Of a DNA stretch of 46,294 nt, positions 1-8,293 are shown one piece after another. Below the pieces are notes generated by a model. It was not told the DNA's origin and searched no databases. It worked only from the letters and a program-made list of their open reading frames with translations. Source of the DNA: an uncultured Candidatus Saccharibacteria bacterium (GTDB lineage Bacteria > Patescibacteriota > Minisyncoccia > UBA6257 > JAUSGH01). Position 1 is the first letter of the stretch, and the number at the start of each line of letters is the position of its first letter. The position numbers and the translations under genes are program-made. The DNA lies in contig CAYJQG010000003.1 of the NCBI GenBank assembly GCA_964372325.1, positions 1-46,294 of the forward strand, read 5' to 3'.

Positions 1-57
1 GACAATGAGGTCAAAGCTGCCCTAGCTGATGCTTGGGAAATCTTTGACCGGCCCTAA
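1..57 (+). CDS. 3' end of an unidentified gene entering from the left edge
   Basis: Frame +1 reads DNEVKAALADAWEIFDRP, then TAA at 55-57. No homology recognised. Its last 14 nt belong to the 40-nt tandem repeat. Confidence 0.3.
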   Translation, partial: DNEVKAALADAWEIFDRP

Positions 58-123
58 GGCGGTGGTGTCAGGTACCTTTTTTTTTGACCGGCCCTAAGGC
101 GGTGGTGTCAGGTACCTTTTTTA
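44..123. repeat. 40-nt tandem direct repeat, two copies (44-83, 84-123)
   Basis: TTGACCGGCCCTAAGGCGGTGGTGTCAGGTACCTTTTTTT is repeated head-to-tail, 39/40 identical. Copy 1 contains the stop codon of the upstream ORF. Copy 2 overlaps the RAYT stop codon (121-123). Confidence 0.9.
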
Positions 124-795
124 TTCCTGCAATTCTGGCCTTCCTCGTTCCCGCATTGCATTTTCTAACCCAAAACGTTTGACTATTTTTTCTACCCAAT
201 CATCGGCACCAAATGGTCGGCTTCTTTTCATCGCAACTTGGATATTTTCTAGTTCCTCTTTTGGCTGCGATGCATTTAGCCAATTGATATAATCGTGCGG
301 TTCCTCTGCTGGCCAAGGATGCAGTAGTTTTCTCTGTTCCGTGGTGCCAAACAAACGTACGTGTGCGCTCGACCATTTCCAATCTTCCGCTCGCCCGACT
401 AACGATGCTCGCTTCGCATTTCGCTCAACGTAACGCACAAGTGTAAGAAAATATTCATCGTCTTGTACCGGAAACGACTTGTATCGTCCTTGGTAAATAT
501 GTCCATACCCAATCGTTTTGGTATATGCATGCACGCGTTGGGTGTGCGTTAAAGAAACGCGCTGCATAAACCGCGACAAATCACCATCGTGCTCAGGATA
601 TAACACTAGGTGCCAATGATTAGGCATCAAACAATATGCCACAATGCGCATCGGCGCGAATTCTAACGATTCTTCGAGAACCCCCAAAAACCTTTTATAT
701 TCCTTGTCGTTTTGAAATAATGTCGAACGAAAATTTGCGCGATTTAATACATGATATACCATCCCGCCCACATCAACGCGCGATATTCTTCCCAT
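121..795 (-). CDS. REP-associated tyrosine transposase (RAYT, IS200/IS605-type Y1 HUH transposase)
   Basis: Motifs seen: N-terminal YHVLNRAN, HUH motif in MPNHWHLVLYP, catalytic-Tyr region IYQGRYKSFPV, and WKWSS. The start was moved from 933 to ATG 793-795 (MGRISRVD) because the upstream 46 codons look non-homologous and cross the flanking repeat. Confidence 0.85.
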   Translation of the reverse strand: MGRISRVDVGGMVYHVLNRANFRSTLFQNDKEYKRFLGVLEESLEFAPMRIVAYCLMPNHWHLVLYPEHDGDLSRFMQRVSLTHTQRVHAYTKTIGYGHIYQGRYKSFPVQDDEYFLTLVRYVERNAKRASLVGRAEDWKWSSAHVRLFGTTEQRKLLHPWPAEEPHDYINWLNASQPKEELENIQVAMKRSRPFGADDWVEKIVKRFGLENAMRERGRPELQE

Positions 796-843
796 ATATA
801 TGAGAAGATAGCACGTTGTGTCGCTTTCGCAAAAAAGGTACGC

Positions 844-860
844 AAAAGGTACCTGACACC
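844..860. repeat. Inverted copy of the 17-mer GGTGTCAGGTACCTTTT
   Basis: AAAAGGTACCTGACACC is the exact reverse complement of 64-80 and 104-120, so the RAYT gene is bracketed by inverted copies. A half copy lies at 831-841. Confidence 0.85.
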
Positions 861-1009
861 TATCACTATCATTATTTTCAATACAGGACTCAAGGCTCGG
901 GGCGCCCCTTTGTACGCAGAAGATTATAAACAATAACCTAACTAAGAATTTGCGTATATGCTTGCTTTCCGCTATACTCTGACCAGATCTTTTACCCTAG
1001 GATTATCAC

Positions 1010-1702
1010 ATGGGCAATGAACTTCCTTTATTGTTGTTCACCCGAGCAGAGCTTGATGCTGTTTTGCAACGCTCCGACCATACGCCCGAAGATGTATTGC
1101 GCGTGCTCGACCGTACTTTCAAAGCAAGATTCGATAGCAGCGCTGGTGTTTGGGAAGCATACTCGCTTCGCCGACATACATTGATGGTCATGGGACAATT
1201 CCGTAAATATTTTACCAGCAATCCTCTACCAGGAGGCGTAAGCTTTGGCTTTTTCGAACTCATTCTCGCACTCCACGATATTGGAAAGCCCGAAGCCATA
1301 CGCGAAGGGGATAAGCGCAAACAGCATGGATATACCATTGCAATTATCCATTCGACGCTCACGGAACTCGGGTACAACGCAAGTGATGTCGCATTTGCAA
1401 CCGCACTCATTAACGGTGATGCCATTGGGCAATATCTCCGCAACGGCAATCTTTTAGTGCATGCTCAAAAAATTGTGCGCATGGCTACACAAACCAGCTT
1501 GAATGTTCGAGATTTTTGGCAATTACTGCAGATTTATTTCCAGGTCGATGCCGGGAGTTACACCGAAGATGCTGGCGGCTTTTATTCACTTGATTGGCTT
1601 TTTGTTTTCCATCACAAGGCTCGATCAATGACTTTTGCTCCAGCAACACTTACAAAAATCGCTGCACTGGAGCAAGAAATATCTCGACTCACCGCAATTT
1701 GA
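1010..1702 (+). CDS. HD-domain phosphohydrolase-like protein
   Basis: 230-aa ORF with ATG at 1010. The HD signature is in ELILALHDIGKPEA, with further His residues downstream. No finer assignment is possible by eye. Confidence 0.6.
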   Translation: MGNELPLLLFTRAELDAVLQRSDHTPEDVLRVLDRTFKARFDSSAGVWEAYSLRRHTLMVMGQFRKYFTSNPLPGGVSFGFFELILALHDIGKPEAIREGDKRKQHGYTIAIIHSTLTELGYNASDVAFATALINGDAIGQYLRNGNLLVHAQKIVRMATQTSLNVRDFWQLLQIYFQVDAGSYTEDAGGFYSLDWLFVFHHKARSMTFAPATLTKIAALEQEISRLTAI

Positions 1703-1848
1703 AATCGGAAATCCTTATCGTTCAAAAACCATTGCATGTTGCTGTGGTTTTTTCAATTTTAATTTCATAACGTCATGCAGCAAGGCGTTATCCCCAATGA
1801 ATTAAATAATTTCTTTAATACGTGGTAAGATATATTTATATATTTTTT

Positions 1849-2013
1849 ATGGATGAATCCACCGTCAACGAACAACAGGCGCGAGAAATACAAGATTCAT
1901 TTCTCAAGGAATTGCAACGTATTAAAACTGAATTCGAAACCAAGCTCAACAATCTCGTCGAAGATTCACGCCAAAAACGTATCGACGAGATAAAGGCGAA
2001 GTTAGGAATGTAG
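1849..2013 (+). CDS. Small coiled-coil protein (54 aa)
   Basis: ATG at 1849 inside ORF 1822..2013. The heptad-like charged sequence contains KTEFETKLNNLVEDS, shared with the ORF at 4209..4457. Confidence 0.45.
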   Translation: MDESTVNEQQAREIQDSFLKELQRIKTEFETKLNNLVEDSRQKRIDEIKAKLGM

Positions 2014-2028
2014 GGGTTGTGTCCACTC

Positions 2029-4188
2029 ATGAAAAAACACCAAACACGCACTCGCAAAATAAAAGCGCTGGGAACAGTTCCCAATGTTCAACATTCGCTC
2101 AAAGGAAATAAAGGGGTTTACGGCACACTCGTCGGAGCAAAGCAATATTCAATGAATCGGCACGCCGGAGAACTGTTGCATCATCCTCCAACACCAAACA
2201 ATAAACCCATGGAATCAAAATCTGTCAATAAAAAGTTTCTTCCTCGACAACCCATGGTGCTGGGGACAATGGCAAAGATTCAATACGCATTAAAGGGCTA
2301 CAAAAAAGTAAGTGCAAATTTTGCGTTGGCGAAAACGTTAGATGCTGCGCGAGTAGCCTCTTTTACTGCAACCGAAACACCGAAAATCCCTACTACCGTA
2401 GAAGAGCGCTTTGAAGCAGTCTCTCAAAAACGATTAGATACCTTACGCGAAGAATCTCCCGCACCACAAGAAGGGTCTGCTCGTGCCGTAAGGGGTGATA
2501 TTGAAGAAGATGCGAATCGTGCGATTGCAGCTGGTGCAAGCGAAGCAGCGGTTCATAAGATTCGCGATATTGCTATTGCCGCTATTGACATATTAGTGGG
2601 TGCGCAGCGCACAGAACGTGAGCATGTTACTCCACTGAACGGGATCAAAGCTCACGATATTGAAGTAATACCATTATCAGAAGAAAAGATCGCGGCGGCA
2701 GAAGGCTCTTCTTCCACGCCCCCCACTCCAGCTACCCCAACACCGTCCCCAGTCGTACCGCTGCCACCTCCAGCTCCAATGCCTGTTCCTCAACCCCCAG
2801 CACCAACGATGTCGGGAGGGCGGCCCGTCCCTGCCCCTATTGCGCCAACATCCCCAGCCGCTCCTATGGCCGCACCTGCACCTGCGCTAGCCAGAACGCC
2901 AGCCCCAGCCCCAGCAGTAACTCCTCCAGTTGTTCCTCCGGCACCCGCAGCAGCTCCCACTTCCGCAGAAACCGCAGAGCAGGAACGATTAGCTAATTTT
3001 GCCACGGAAAAACTCGATAAAGCAGAAGACCGTTTTAATGAGCCGTTTACGCTTACATTGAACGGTCGCCTCATCGCAACGATTCAAGACGTCAATTTTG
3101 ATGAAAGTAAAGTAACCCTGGCGTTGCCAGATGGTAGGCCGGACGAAATGTCGATCAGCGCACTCGGAGGATTATTGGAGGATAAGGGGGTAGAGATATC
3201 CGGGGAACCGAAACTCGCGACTACGCCAGCAGCACCCGCTCCTGCCGCTGCACCAGCCGCCGCAGCTCCTGCACGTCCTACGGGTGCGCCAGCGGCGACG
3301 CCAACCGCCCCAACAAGCGAACGACTCCGTGAACGGCTTCAAGCGAAAGAAGTAAAAACAATGCGCATGGGCATCATTGAACGTTTCATTGTCCAGCCAT
3401 TGCGTCAAGCTGGTTCGATATTTAAACGCGCGGTGACCGACTTGCCACAAATTGTGTGGAACCGCTCTTGGTATAATTGGAATAATTCTTGGGCGGAACG
3501 GCGAGCAAACCAAATCGAAGAATATAATGAAGAAATAAAAGAAATCGATGACGAGCTCGCAGCATTAAAAACAGATCTCGTGATTCCAGATGTTGATTCT
3601 GGAGACAGACGCGCATTAAACAAGGATATTACACAACTAGAAAAACGACGCAGTATTTTGGATGCGAAACGCATAGAAGCGCAGGCCGCACTACGTGGAC
3701 GCGCAGCAACCTTGCGAAAATTCAAAGAACGGTGCGCATCGCATATTGAGGAACTAAAGGAACGCTTTGAATCTGGGATTGGCGAACATCGAATAAATTT
3801 ATTAACGTTACGCAAGCAAGCTGAAGATCTCACGAATTTAGTAAAAGTAGGCGAAGAACGGGTACGGGGGCAACGCGCAAGACTTGCTGAGTTAGCAGCC
3901 CAATATAGCAGTGCTGGCTGGTTTAGTGGTGCACGTAGTAAAGCGAAAAGAGATATTGCAAAGTGCAAGAAGGAAATTGATAAAAGCGCGGCGCTGATGG
4001 CAAAACAATCAAAAGCATTACGTGCGGTGAGTAGCGCGATAGCTCCACTCGAGCGCACCGTAGGACATTGGGACAAAACGCTTGCCAACTACATTGCATC
4101 ATCTGGGGAGGCGATCGCTGGCACGGCAATTGAAGACTATAAAAAACTTGCCCCGGGTGAAACCCCCGAACTTTCAGCACGTCGTTAA
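2029..4188 (+). CDS. Large Pro/Ala-rich plus coiled-coil protein, function unknown
   Basis: 723-aa ORF 2017..4188, first ATG at 2029. It has two long PAPxP low-complexity tracts, a hydrophobic segment and a C-terminal half rich in heptad-like E/K/R/L. The start is uncertain because there are several in-frame ATGs. Confidence 0.7.
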   Translation: MKKHQTRTRKIKALGTVPNVQHSLKGNKGVYGTLVGAKQYSMNRHAGELLHHPPTPNNKPMESKSVNKKFLPRQPMVLGTMAKIQYALKGYKKVSANFALAKTLDAARVASFTATETPKIPTTVEERFEAVSQKRLDTLREESPAPQEGSARAVRGDIEEDANRAIAAGASEAAVHKIRDIAIAAIDILVGAQRTEREHVTPLNGIKAHDIEVIPLSEEKIAAAEGSSSTPPTPATPTPSPVVPLPPPAPMPVPQPPAPTMSGGRPVPAPIAPTSPAAPMAAPAPALARTPAPAPAVTPPVVPPAPAAAPTSAETAEQERLANFATEKLDKAEDRFNEPFTLTLNGRLIATIQDVNFDESKVTLALPDGRPDEMSISALGGLLEDKGVEISGEPKLATTPAAPAPAAAPAAAAPARPTGAPAATPTAPTSERLRERLQAKEVKTMRMGIIERFIVQPLRQAGSIFKRAVTDLPQIVWNRSWYNWNNSWAERRANQIEEYNEEIKEIDDELAALKTDLVIPDVDSGDRRALNKDITQLEKRRSILDAKRIEAQAALRGRAATLRKFKERCASHIEELKERFESGIGEHRINLLTLRKQAEDLTNLVKVGEERVRGQRARLAELAAQYSSAGWFSGARSKAKRDIAKCKKEIDKSAALMAKQSKALRAVSSAIAPLERTVGHWDKTLANYIASSGEAIAGTAIEDYKKLAPGETPELSARR

Positions 4189-4208
4189 TACATACAATAA
4201 TATTGACT

Positions 4209-4457
4209 ATGACAAACACCACAACAACACAACAATCAAAAACAGAATTTGAAAAAAAGCTCAATGAATTACTTGCCGAAGTTTCCGCGAGTAAACAAGA
4301 CTTTGAAGTACAAAGTGCTGCAATGCTTTCGAATTTACATACTGAAATCTCTAAAGAGCGTAAATCGATCGCTCGAACTGACGGCCTTCTCAAGCGCGCG
4401 CTCCTTAAGGCGATGAGGGGTTTGCAGCAGACTGCGCGCAAACTATATAGCGAATAA
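4209..4457 (+). CDS. Small coiled-coil protein, paralogue of 1849..2013
   Basis: ATG at 4209. Contains KTEFEKKLNELLAEVS, matching KTEFETKLNNLVEDS in the upstream small ORF. Confidence 0.5.
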   Translation: MTNTTTTQQSKTEFEKKLNELLAEVSASKQDFEVQSAAMLSNLHTEISKERKSIARTDGLLKRALLKAMRGLQQTARKLYSE

Positions 4458-4515
4458 AGGCCTGCACGAGTCTTATAGTGTATTGCGGCTGCTGTTGTTC
4501 TGCTATTATTACTCC

Positions 4516-5463
4516 ATGCAACCTATCCGCATCGCCATATTAATGGGTGGGCCGTCGGCTGAATACGCAATCTCGTTGCGCACAGGCAAAATGATTTTGC
4601 AAAATCTCGACCGCGCACGCTACCGTGCGAGGTCGATTGTCGTGTCGAAAAAAGGACTGTGGCCAATACCATTTTCGCGCCTCAAAAAAGAGTTTGACCT
4701 TGTGTTTATCGCGATGCACGGTGAATATGGCGAAGACGGAACCGTACAAGCATTACTTGAAAAATATCACATTCCTTTTACGGGCTCGGGGTCACGGGCC
4801 AGTAGGTTGGGGATGAACAAGATTGCTTCGGGAAAATTATTTGAGCGCTCCAAGCTTCATGTGCCACAACCTGCAACCGCGCTCCCGCTGGTAGTAAAAC
4901 CGGCCGACCGTGGGTCAAGCGTAGGGGTTAGTATTGTAAAAAAAATTTCTGAGCTCACACCAGCAATTACTAAGGCACTCCAAAGCTCGTCTAGTATTTT
5001 GTTGCAACAATACATCCGCGGAAGAGAATTTACGTGTGGGGTGCTGGAATGGAAAATAGTAGGCACGAGAAACCAGGCACGAGAAACTTCCTGCCTTTGT
5101 CGCGGCAACCTTCTCGCGCTTCCACCTACAGAGATTATTCCCAAAGGCGCAACATTTTTCGATTTTAATGCAAAATATACTGCCGGTGCATCGAAAGAAG
5201 TTACGCCACCACGCATGCGCGCAAAAACTATTAACGCGATCCAACGCATCGCCTTGACTGCCCACCAGGCAATAGGCGCTCGAGGGTTTTCGCGCACTGA
5301 TATGATCCTCGACAAACAGGGAAGGCTCTGGGTGTTAGAAATCAATACTATTCCGGGGATGACTGCGACGAGTCTTTTGCCGCAAGGAGCAAAGGCGGCC
5401 GGAATCGAATTCGCAAAACTACTTGATGTTATTATCGATACTGCATTATCAAAAATCCACTAA
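4516..5463 (+). CDS. ddl: D-alanine--D-alanine ligase
   Basis: MQPIRIAILMGGPSAEYAISL N-terminus, HGEYGEDGTVQALLE, and an ATP-grasp C-terminus (RTDMILDKQGRLWVLEINTIPGMT). ATG 4516 was chosen. A roughly 20-aa extra loop lies at 5050-5109. Confidence 0.92.
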   Translation: MQPIRIAILMGGPSAEYAISLRTGKMILQNLDRARYRARSIVVSKKGLWPIPFSRLKKEFDLVFIAMHGEYGEDGTVQALLEKYHIPFTGSGSRASRLGMNKIASGKLFERSKLHVPQPATALPLVVKPADRGSSVGVSIVKKISELTPAITKALQSSSSILLQQYIRGREFTCGVLEWKIVGTRNQARETSCLCRGNLLALPPTEIIPKGATFFDFNAKYTAGASKEVTPPRMRAKTINAIQRIALTAHQAIGARGFSRTDMILDKQGRLWVLEINTIPGMTATSLLPQGAKAAGIEFAKLLDVIIDTALSKIH

Positions 5464-5466
5464 CGA

Positions 5467-5576
5467 AAAAATCCCAAACTCCAAGCATCAAATAACAAAT
5501 AAATTCCAATTTTTGGGCATTCGAATTTATATATTAGATATTATTTGGGATTTGGTATTTGAGATTTGGTGCTTAT
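5467..5576. repeat. CCCAAAT-hairpin element, copy A
   Basis: Left arm AAATCCCAAACTCCAAGCATCAAATAACAAATAAATTC and right arm TTATTTGGGATTTGGTATTTGAGATTTGGTGCTTAT are largely complementary. The same element occurs at 24541, 36473, 39770, 41357 and 44139. Confidence 0.85.
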
Positions 5577-5581
5577 ACTAG

Positions 5582-6073
5582 ATGCTAGTGTATAATAAAG
5601 AGATGGAGGAAATTGTTTGGGATGGGCCGGAATTCCACTTCCAAGAAAAAGATCTTGATTGGTATCTGCTTATTGGAGTAACGGGGGTTGTGCTCCTGAG
5701 TTTTGCCTTATGGCAACACAATTTGTTGTTTGCTTTTTTTGTACTTATTTCACTTGCACTTGTTGTTGCGCTTGCCCACCACGAAGCACCCATGCACCGA
5801 CATCGCGTTGACCAACACGGCATCCACATCAGCCACATGAAAACCTACCATTTCCGCGATCTTGAGGGTTTTGCAGTAGAACATACCGGGGAATTGGCAT
5901 CGGGGTGGGGGACAATTCGCTTATTGTCTCGCCATAGCTTTATGCCCTATGTCCATATTTTTATTCCCGTCGACCAGCTACACCATGTGCGAACTTTTCT
6001 CGCTGCGCATATTGAAGAGTTTCAATACGAGCATACGTTGACCGACGCGTTACTCCACTGGTTTAGGATATAA
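5582..6073 (+). CDS. Small membrane protein, unknown function
   Basis: 163-aa ORF with ATG at 5582. Two adjacent hydrophobic helices (LLIGVTGVVLLSFALW, LLFAFFVLISLALVVALA) are followed by a soluble domain. Confidence 0.65.
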   Translation: MLVYNKEMEEIVWDGPEFHFQEKDLDWYLLIGVTGVVLLSFALWQHNLLFAFFVLISLALVVALAHHEAPMHRHRVDQHGIHISHMKTYHFRDLEGFAVEHTGELASGWGTIRLLSRHSFMPYVHIFIPVDQLHHVRTFLAAHIEEFQYEHTLTDALLHWFRI

Positions 6074-6148
6074 ATTTTTTGCGCACCAATGGCGAATTAC
6101 TGCGCTGGAAGCTCCGCTCCTCCCGTGCAGTATCGCCGCGGGTACAGC

Positions 6149-6188
6149 CCTGCCTATCGGCAGGCAGGCCTGTCTGCCGATAGGCAGG
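6149..6188. repeat. Two abutting 20-nt CCTGCC palindrome units forming a 40-nt palindrome
   Basis: CCTGCCTATCGGCAGGCAGG (6149-6168) and CCTGTCTGCCGATAGGCAGG (6169-6188) are reverse complements of each other with one mismatch. Confidence 0.9.
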
Positions 6189-6228
6189 ACTCCCGTTTTC
6201 CCGACCCCTTTCCCGTTCAATTCCTACT

Positions 6229-6303
6229 TGGTGCGCCCAGTAGGAATCGAACCTACATCTTAAGCTTCGCAGGCTCACGCTCTATCCATTGAGCTATGGG
6301 CGC
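6229..6303 (-). tRNA. tRNA-Arg(GCG)
   Basis: The reverse complement folds as acceptor GCGCCCA/TGGGCGC, D-arm GCTC-AATGGATA-GAGC, anticodon arm TGAGC-CTGCGAA-GCTTA and T-arm GTAGG-TTCGATT-CCTAC. A73 and CCA are encoded. Length 75 nt. Confidence 0.9.
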
Positions 6304-6336
6304 TCTCCTTTGGACTTATGAGCATTAGCATAAACA

Positions 6337-6536
6337 AAAATCGCTCCGATGTCTATTAGACTCGGCTCCCCGAATAACATTTTGCCTATTTTTCTTAAAT
6401 TTTGGCTCCGACATTGTTAAAAATTTTCGACAGATACGCTTGTATATGTCTCAAATTTTTAATTTCGTCTCGCTCAAAATTCAAGAAAAATTGATCAAAA
6501 GCTTATCCGGGGAGCCAAGTCTATCGGGGCGATTTT
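6337..6536. mobile_element. MITE-like element, 200 nt, with roughly 35-40-nt terminal inverted repeats
   Basis: The left end AAAATCGCTCCGATGTCTATTAGACTCGGCTCCCCGAATAA (6337-6377) pairs with the right end TTATCCGGGGAGCCAAGTCTATCGGGGCGATTTT (6503-6536). It has no coding capacity. It touches the stop codon of the 3D-domain gene. Confidence 0.7.
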
Positions 6537-7018
6537 TACAGCACCACAACTTCAGTCTGCTTGATACCGAATTCGATTGCGGTGTCACGATCAGGGAACC
6601 AAATATCCATACGTTCATCAAAACGCCGACTCATACGATCTTCTACAACGAATATCTTTTCACCGAAAATTTTTGGGATTTGTACCTTGGTTCCAAATGG
6701 TAAAAAGTTTGCCGCAACAATGCCATCGTGCACTGTCTTCCCCGAAGCAGTAATGAATGGTGTTTCGTCAGTTTGGTCGGGTGTCGATGAATACGCAGTG
6801 ATAGTTACCGTGGAACGACGCCCAGCCAAGATCGACGGCTCAGCAGAACCCACTGCGGTAGTAGTGATCATTAATTCGTGCGATTTTTCCTGAAGCGTCA
6901 CAATGCTCGGCCCAGCGATTACTGCGGCATAGGCGATATTGAACATCAATATCAAGACCATAATATAGATAGCTGTTCCGATATTATGCGCTTTTAGTTG
7001 TTTAATGAGTTGTCCCAT
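6536..7018 (-). CDS. 3D-domain (MltA/RlpA-like double-psi beta-barrel) cell-wall protein with N-terminal anchor
   Basis: C-terminus ITAYSSTPDQTDETPFITASGKTVHDGIVAAN...VVEDRMSRRFDERMDIWF is typical of 3D domains. ATG 7016-7018 is preceded by AAGGAGGTG (7032-7040). An N-terminal hydrophobic helix is present. Confidence 0.8.
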   Translation of the reverse strand: MGQLIKQLKAHNIGTAIYIMVLILMFNIAYAAVIAGPSIVTLQEKSHELMITTTAVGSAEPSILAGRRSTVTITAYSSTPDQTDETPFITASGKTVHDGIVAANFLPFGTKVQIPKIFGEKIFVVEDRMSRRFDERMDIWFPDRDTAIEFGIKQTEVVVL

Positions 7019-7153
7019 AAATAATGCGAAACACCTCCTTCGAGGCATACATGAGATTATAGACCATATACTATCATAAATCAATGCCTTTGTCAAACTC
7101 ATAGAAAGTAAAACCCGCATATGTTGCGGGTTATTAGCGTGAGTTGACACCTC

Positions 7154-8149
7154 TTAACTTTCTAAACTACTCAAAATCGCCATTGCGCATTCGTAGCCAT
7201 GGTTAATGGCTTCGGTGATATTGCCTTTTTCAAAACCAACAGTCGAAAGTCCGTAAATGCGTTTCTTTGGGGCGATGGGGATGATGCGGTGCGGAGCAAG
7301 GTTGATTTCATCACCACGTTCGAGTGATGCGGCCATCGATGCGGCGAAATGGAAGAAGCGCTTCAAAAGAGGGATCGACGTTTCGCTTTGAAATACCTTA
7401 AAGTCTTTATGATGCAGCAACGCGAGTTGCATACGCAATTCAAGTACTTGGTCATGCGCCTCATCAAAGCTATAAAACACTCGGTGATAGGAATTACGCT
7501 TTTCGGGATCTTCAATGGGTAGCTGGTCATTTGAAAGGATAAAAATGGTGTCACACCCTGCCGCAATTGCCCGTTCAAGGTCGTAGTATAGTCCATCTGA
7601 ACACCACGCCTCCCCGCACTTCACCGGCGGGAGAAAACCGGCCATACTTGCCGCTGCTTGTATTGGCGGCCGCAATAACTCAGGATTTTCTCTATACTGT
7701 TTTTCGTTTGCTCTAATCATCGTGTATTCAAATCCATGCGTCTCATCGTGCATGGGGAATTCAAACACAATATTGCTTGATACAAGCCCCTGTACGTCCA
7801 ACCCCTTCACTATGCACTTCCCATCTGCAGACTTCTTTCCCCAAATTAATTCGCGCAAGCCCCTTTCAGAAAAAAACGAGTTTCTCTTTATCACTCTCCA
7901 CTTGATCTCGCTGCGATCAAATAATATATTCTGTCCCTGACTTTCGATGTACGCCCAAGTCTTTAACATCCCAGCCACACTGCCCGCGCTTACCACCTCG
8001 GCAAGATTTAGCGCATTTACCGAAACGGCTTGTACATAGTCTGGCTTAATTCCTTTCTCGTCGAATGCTTTGAGCATGCCTGCACTGTATGCCCCAGTGA
8101 AGCCGCCGCCAGCGCCGATAATTGCAATCTTTCCGAGACGCAGCGGCAT
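7154..8149 (-). CDS. Patatin-like phospholipase family protein
   Basis: Gly-rich oxyanion motif IIGAGGGFTGAY and a catalytic Asp-Gly in WCSDGLYYD. The nucleophile elbow reads AVSVNA rather than canonical GxSxG. ATG 8147-8149 has GGAGGT 4 nt upstream. Confidence 0.7.
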   Translation of the reverse strand: MPLRLGKIAIIGAGGGFTGAYSAGMLKAFDEKGIKPDYVQAVSVNALNLAEVVSAGSVAGMLKTWAYIESQGQNILFDRSEIKWRVIKRNSFFSERGLRELIWGKKSADGKCIVKGLDVQGLVSSNIVFEFPMHDETHGFEYTMIRANEKQYRENPELLRPPIQAAASMAGFLPPVKCGEAWCSDGLYYDLERAIAAGCDTIFILSNDQLPIEDPEKRNSYHRVFYSFDEAHDQVLELRMQLALLHHKDFKVFQSETSIPLLKRFFHFAASMAASLERGDEINLAPHRIIPIAPKKRIYGLSTVGFEKGNITEAINHGYECAMAILSSLES

Positions 8150-8293
8150 GATACCTCCATTAGACTTGCCCCCGAATAACATTTTGGGGGAAAGTCTATT
8201 ATCAATTTACTGCATTTAGTATGCACGTCTTATGCCACTTTTGCAAAATGAAGTCTTGCTGCGGCAGAGCTACCGGGTTTGTTATACTTAATA

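Noticed and set aside
2790-4441. Antisense ORFs (94-227 aa) inside the Pro/Ala-rich gene
   Set aside because: They are shorter than the sense ORF and nested within it. Their composition mirrors the low-complexity sense strand.
5088-5100. The ddl insertion as another member of the CCTGCC palindrome family
   Set aside because: Only the hexamer CCTGCC is shared, and there is no palindromic partner. The insert is instead built from a duplicated 13-mer.
6063-6292. 71-aa and 67-aa ORFs
   Set aside because: They overlap the tRNA-Arg gene and the 40-nt palindrome, and their reading frames are by-products of GC-rich repeats.
6440-6703. 87-aa plus-strand ORF
   Set aside because: It starts inside the MITE and overlaps the 3' end of the conserved 3D-domain gene on the opposite strand. 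It has no RBS.
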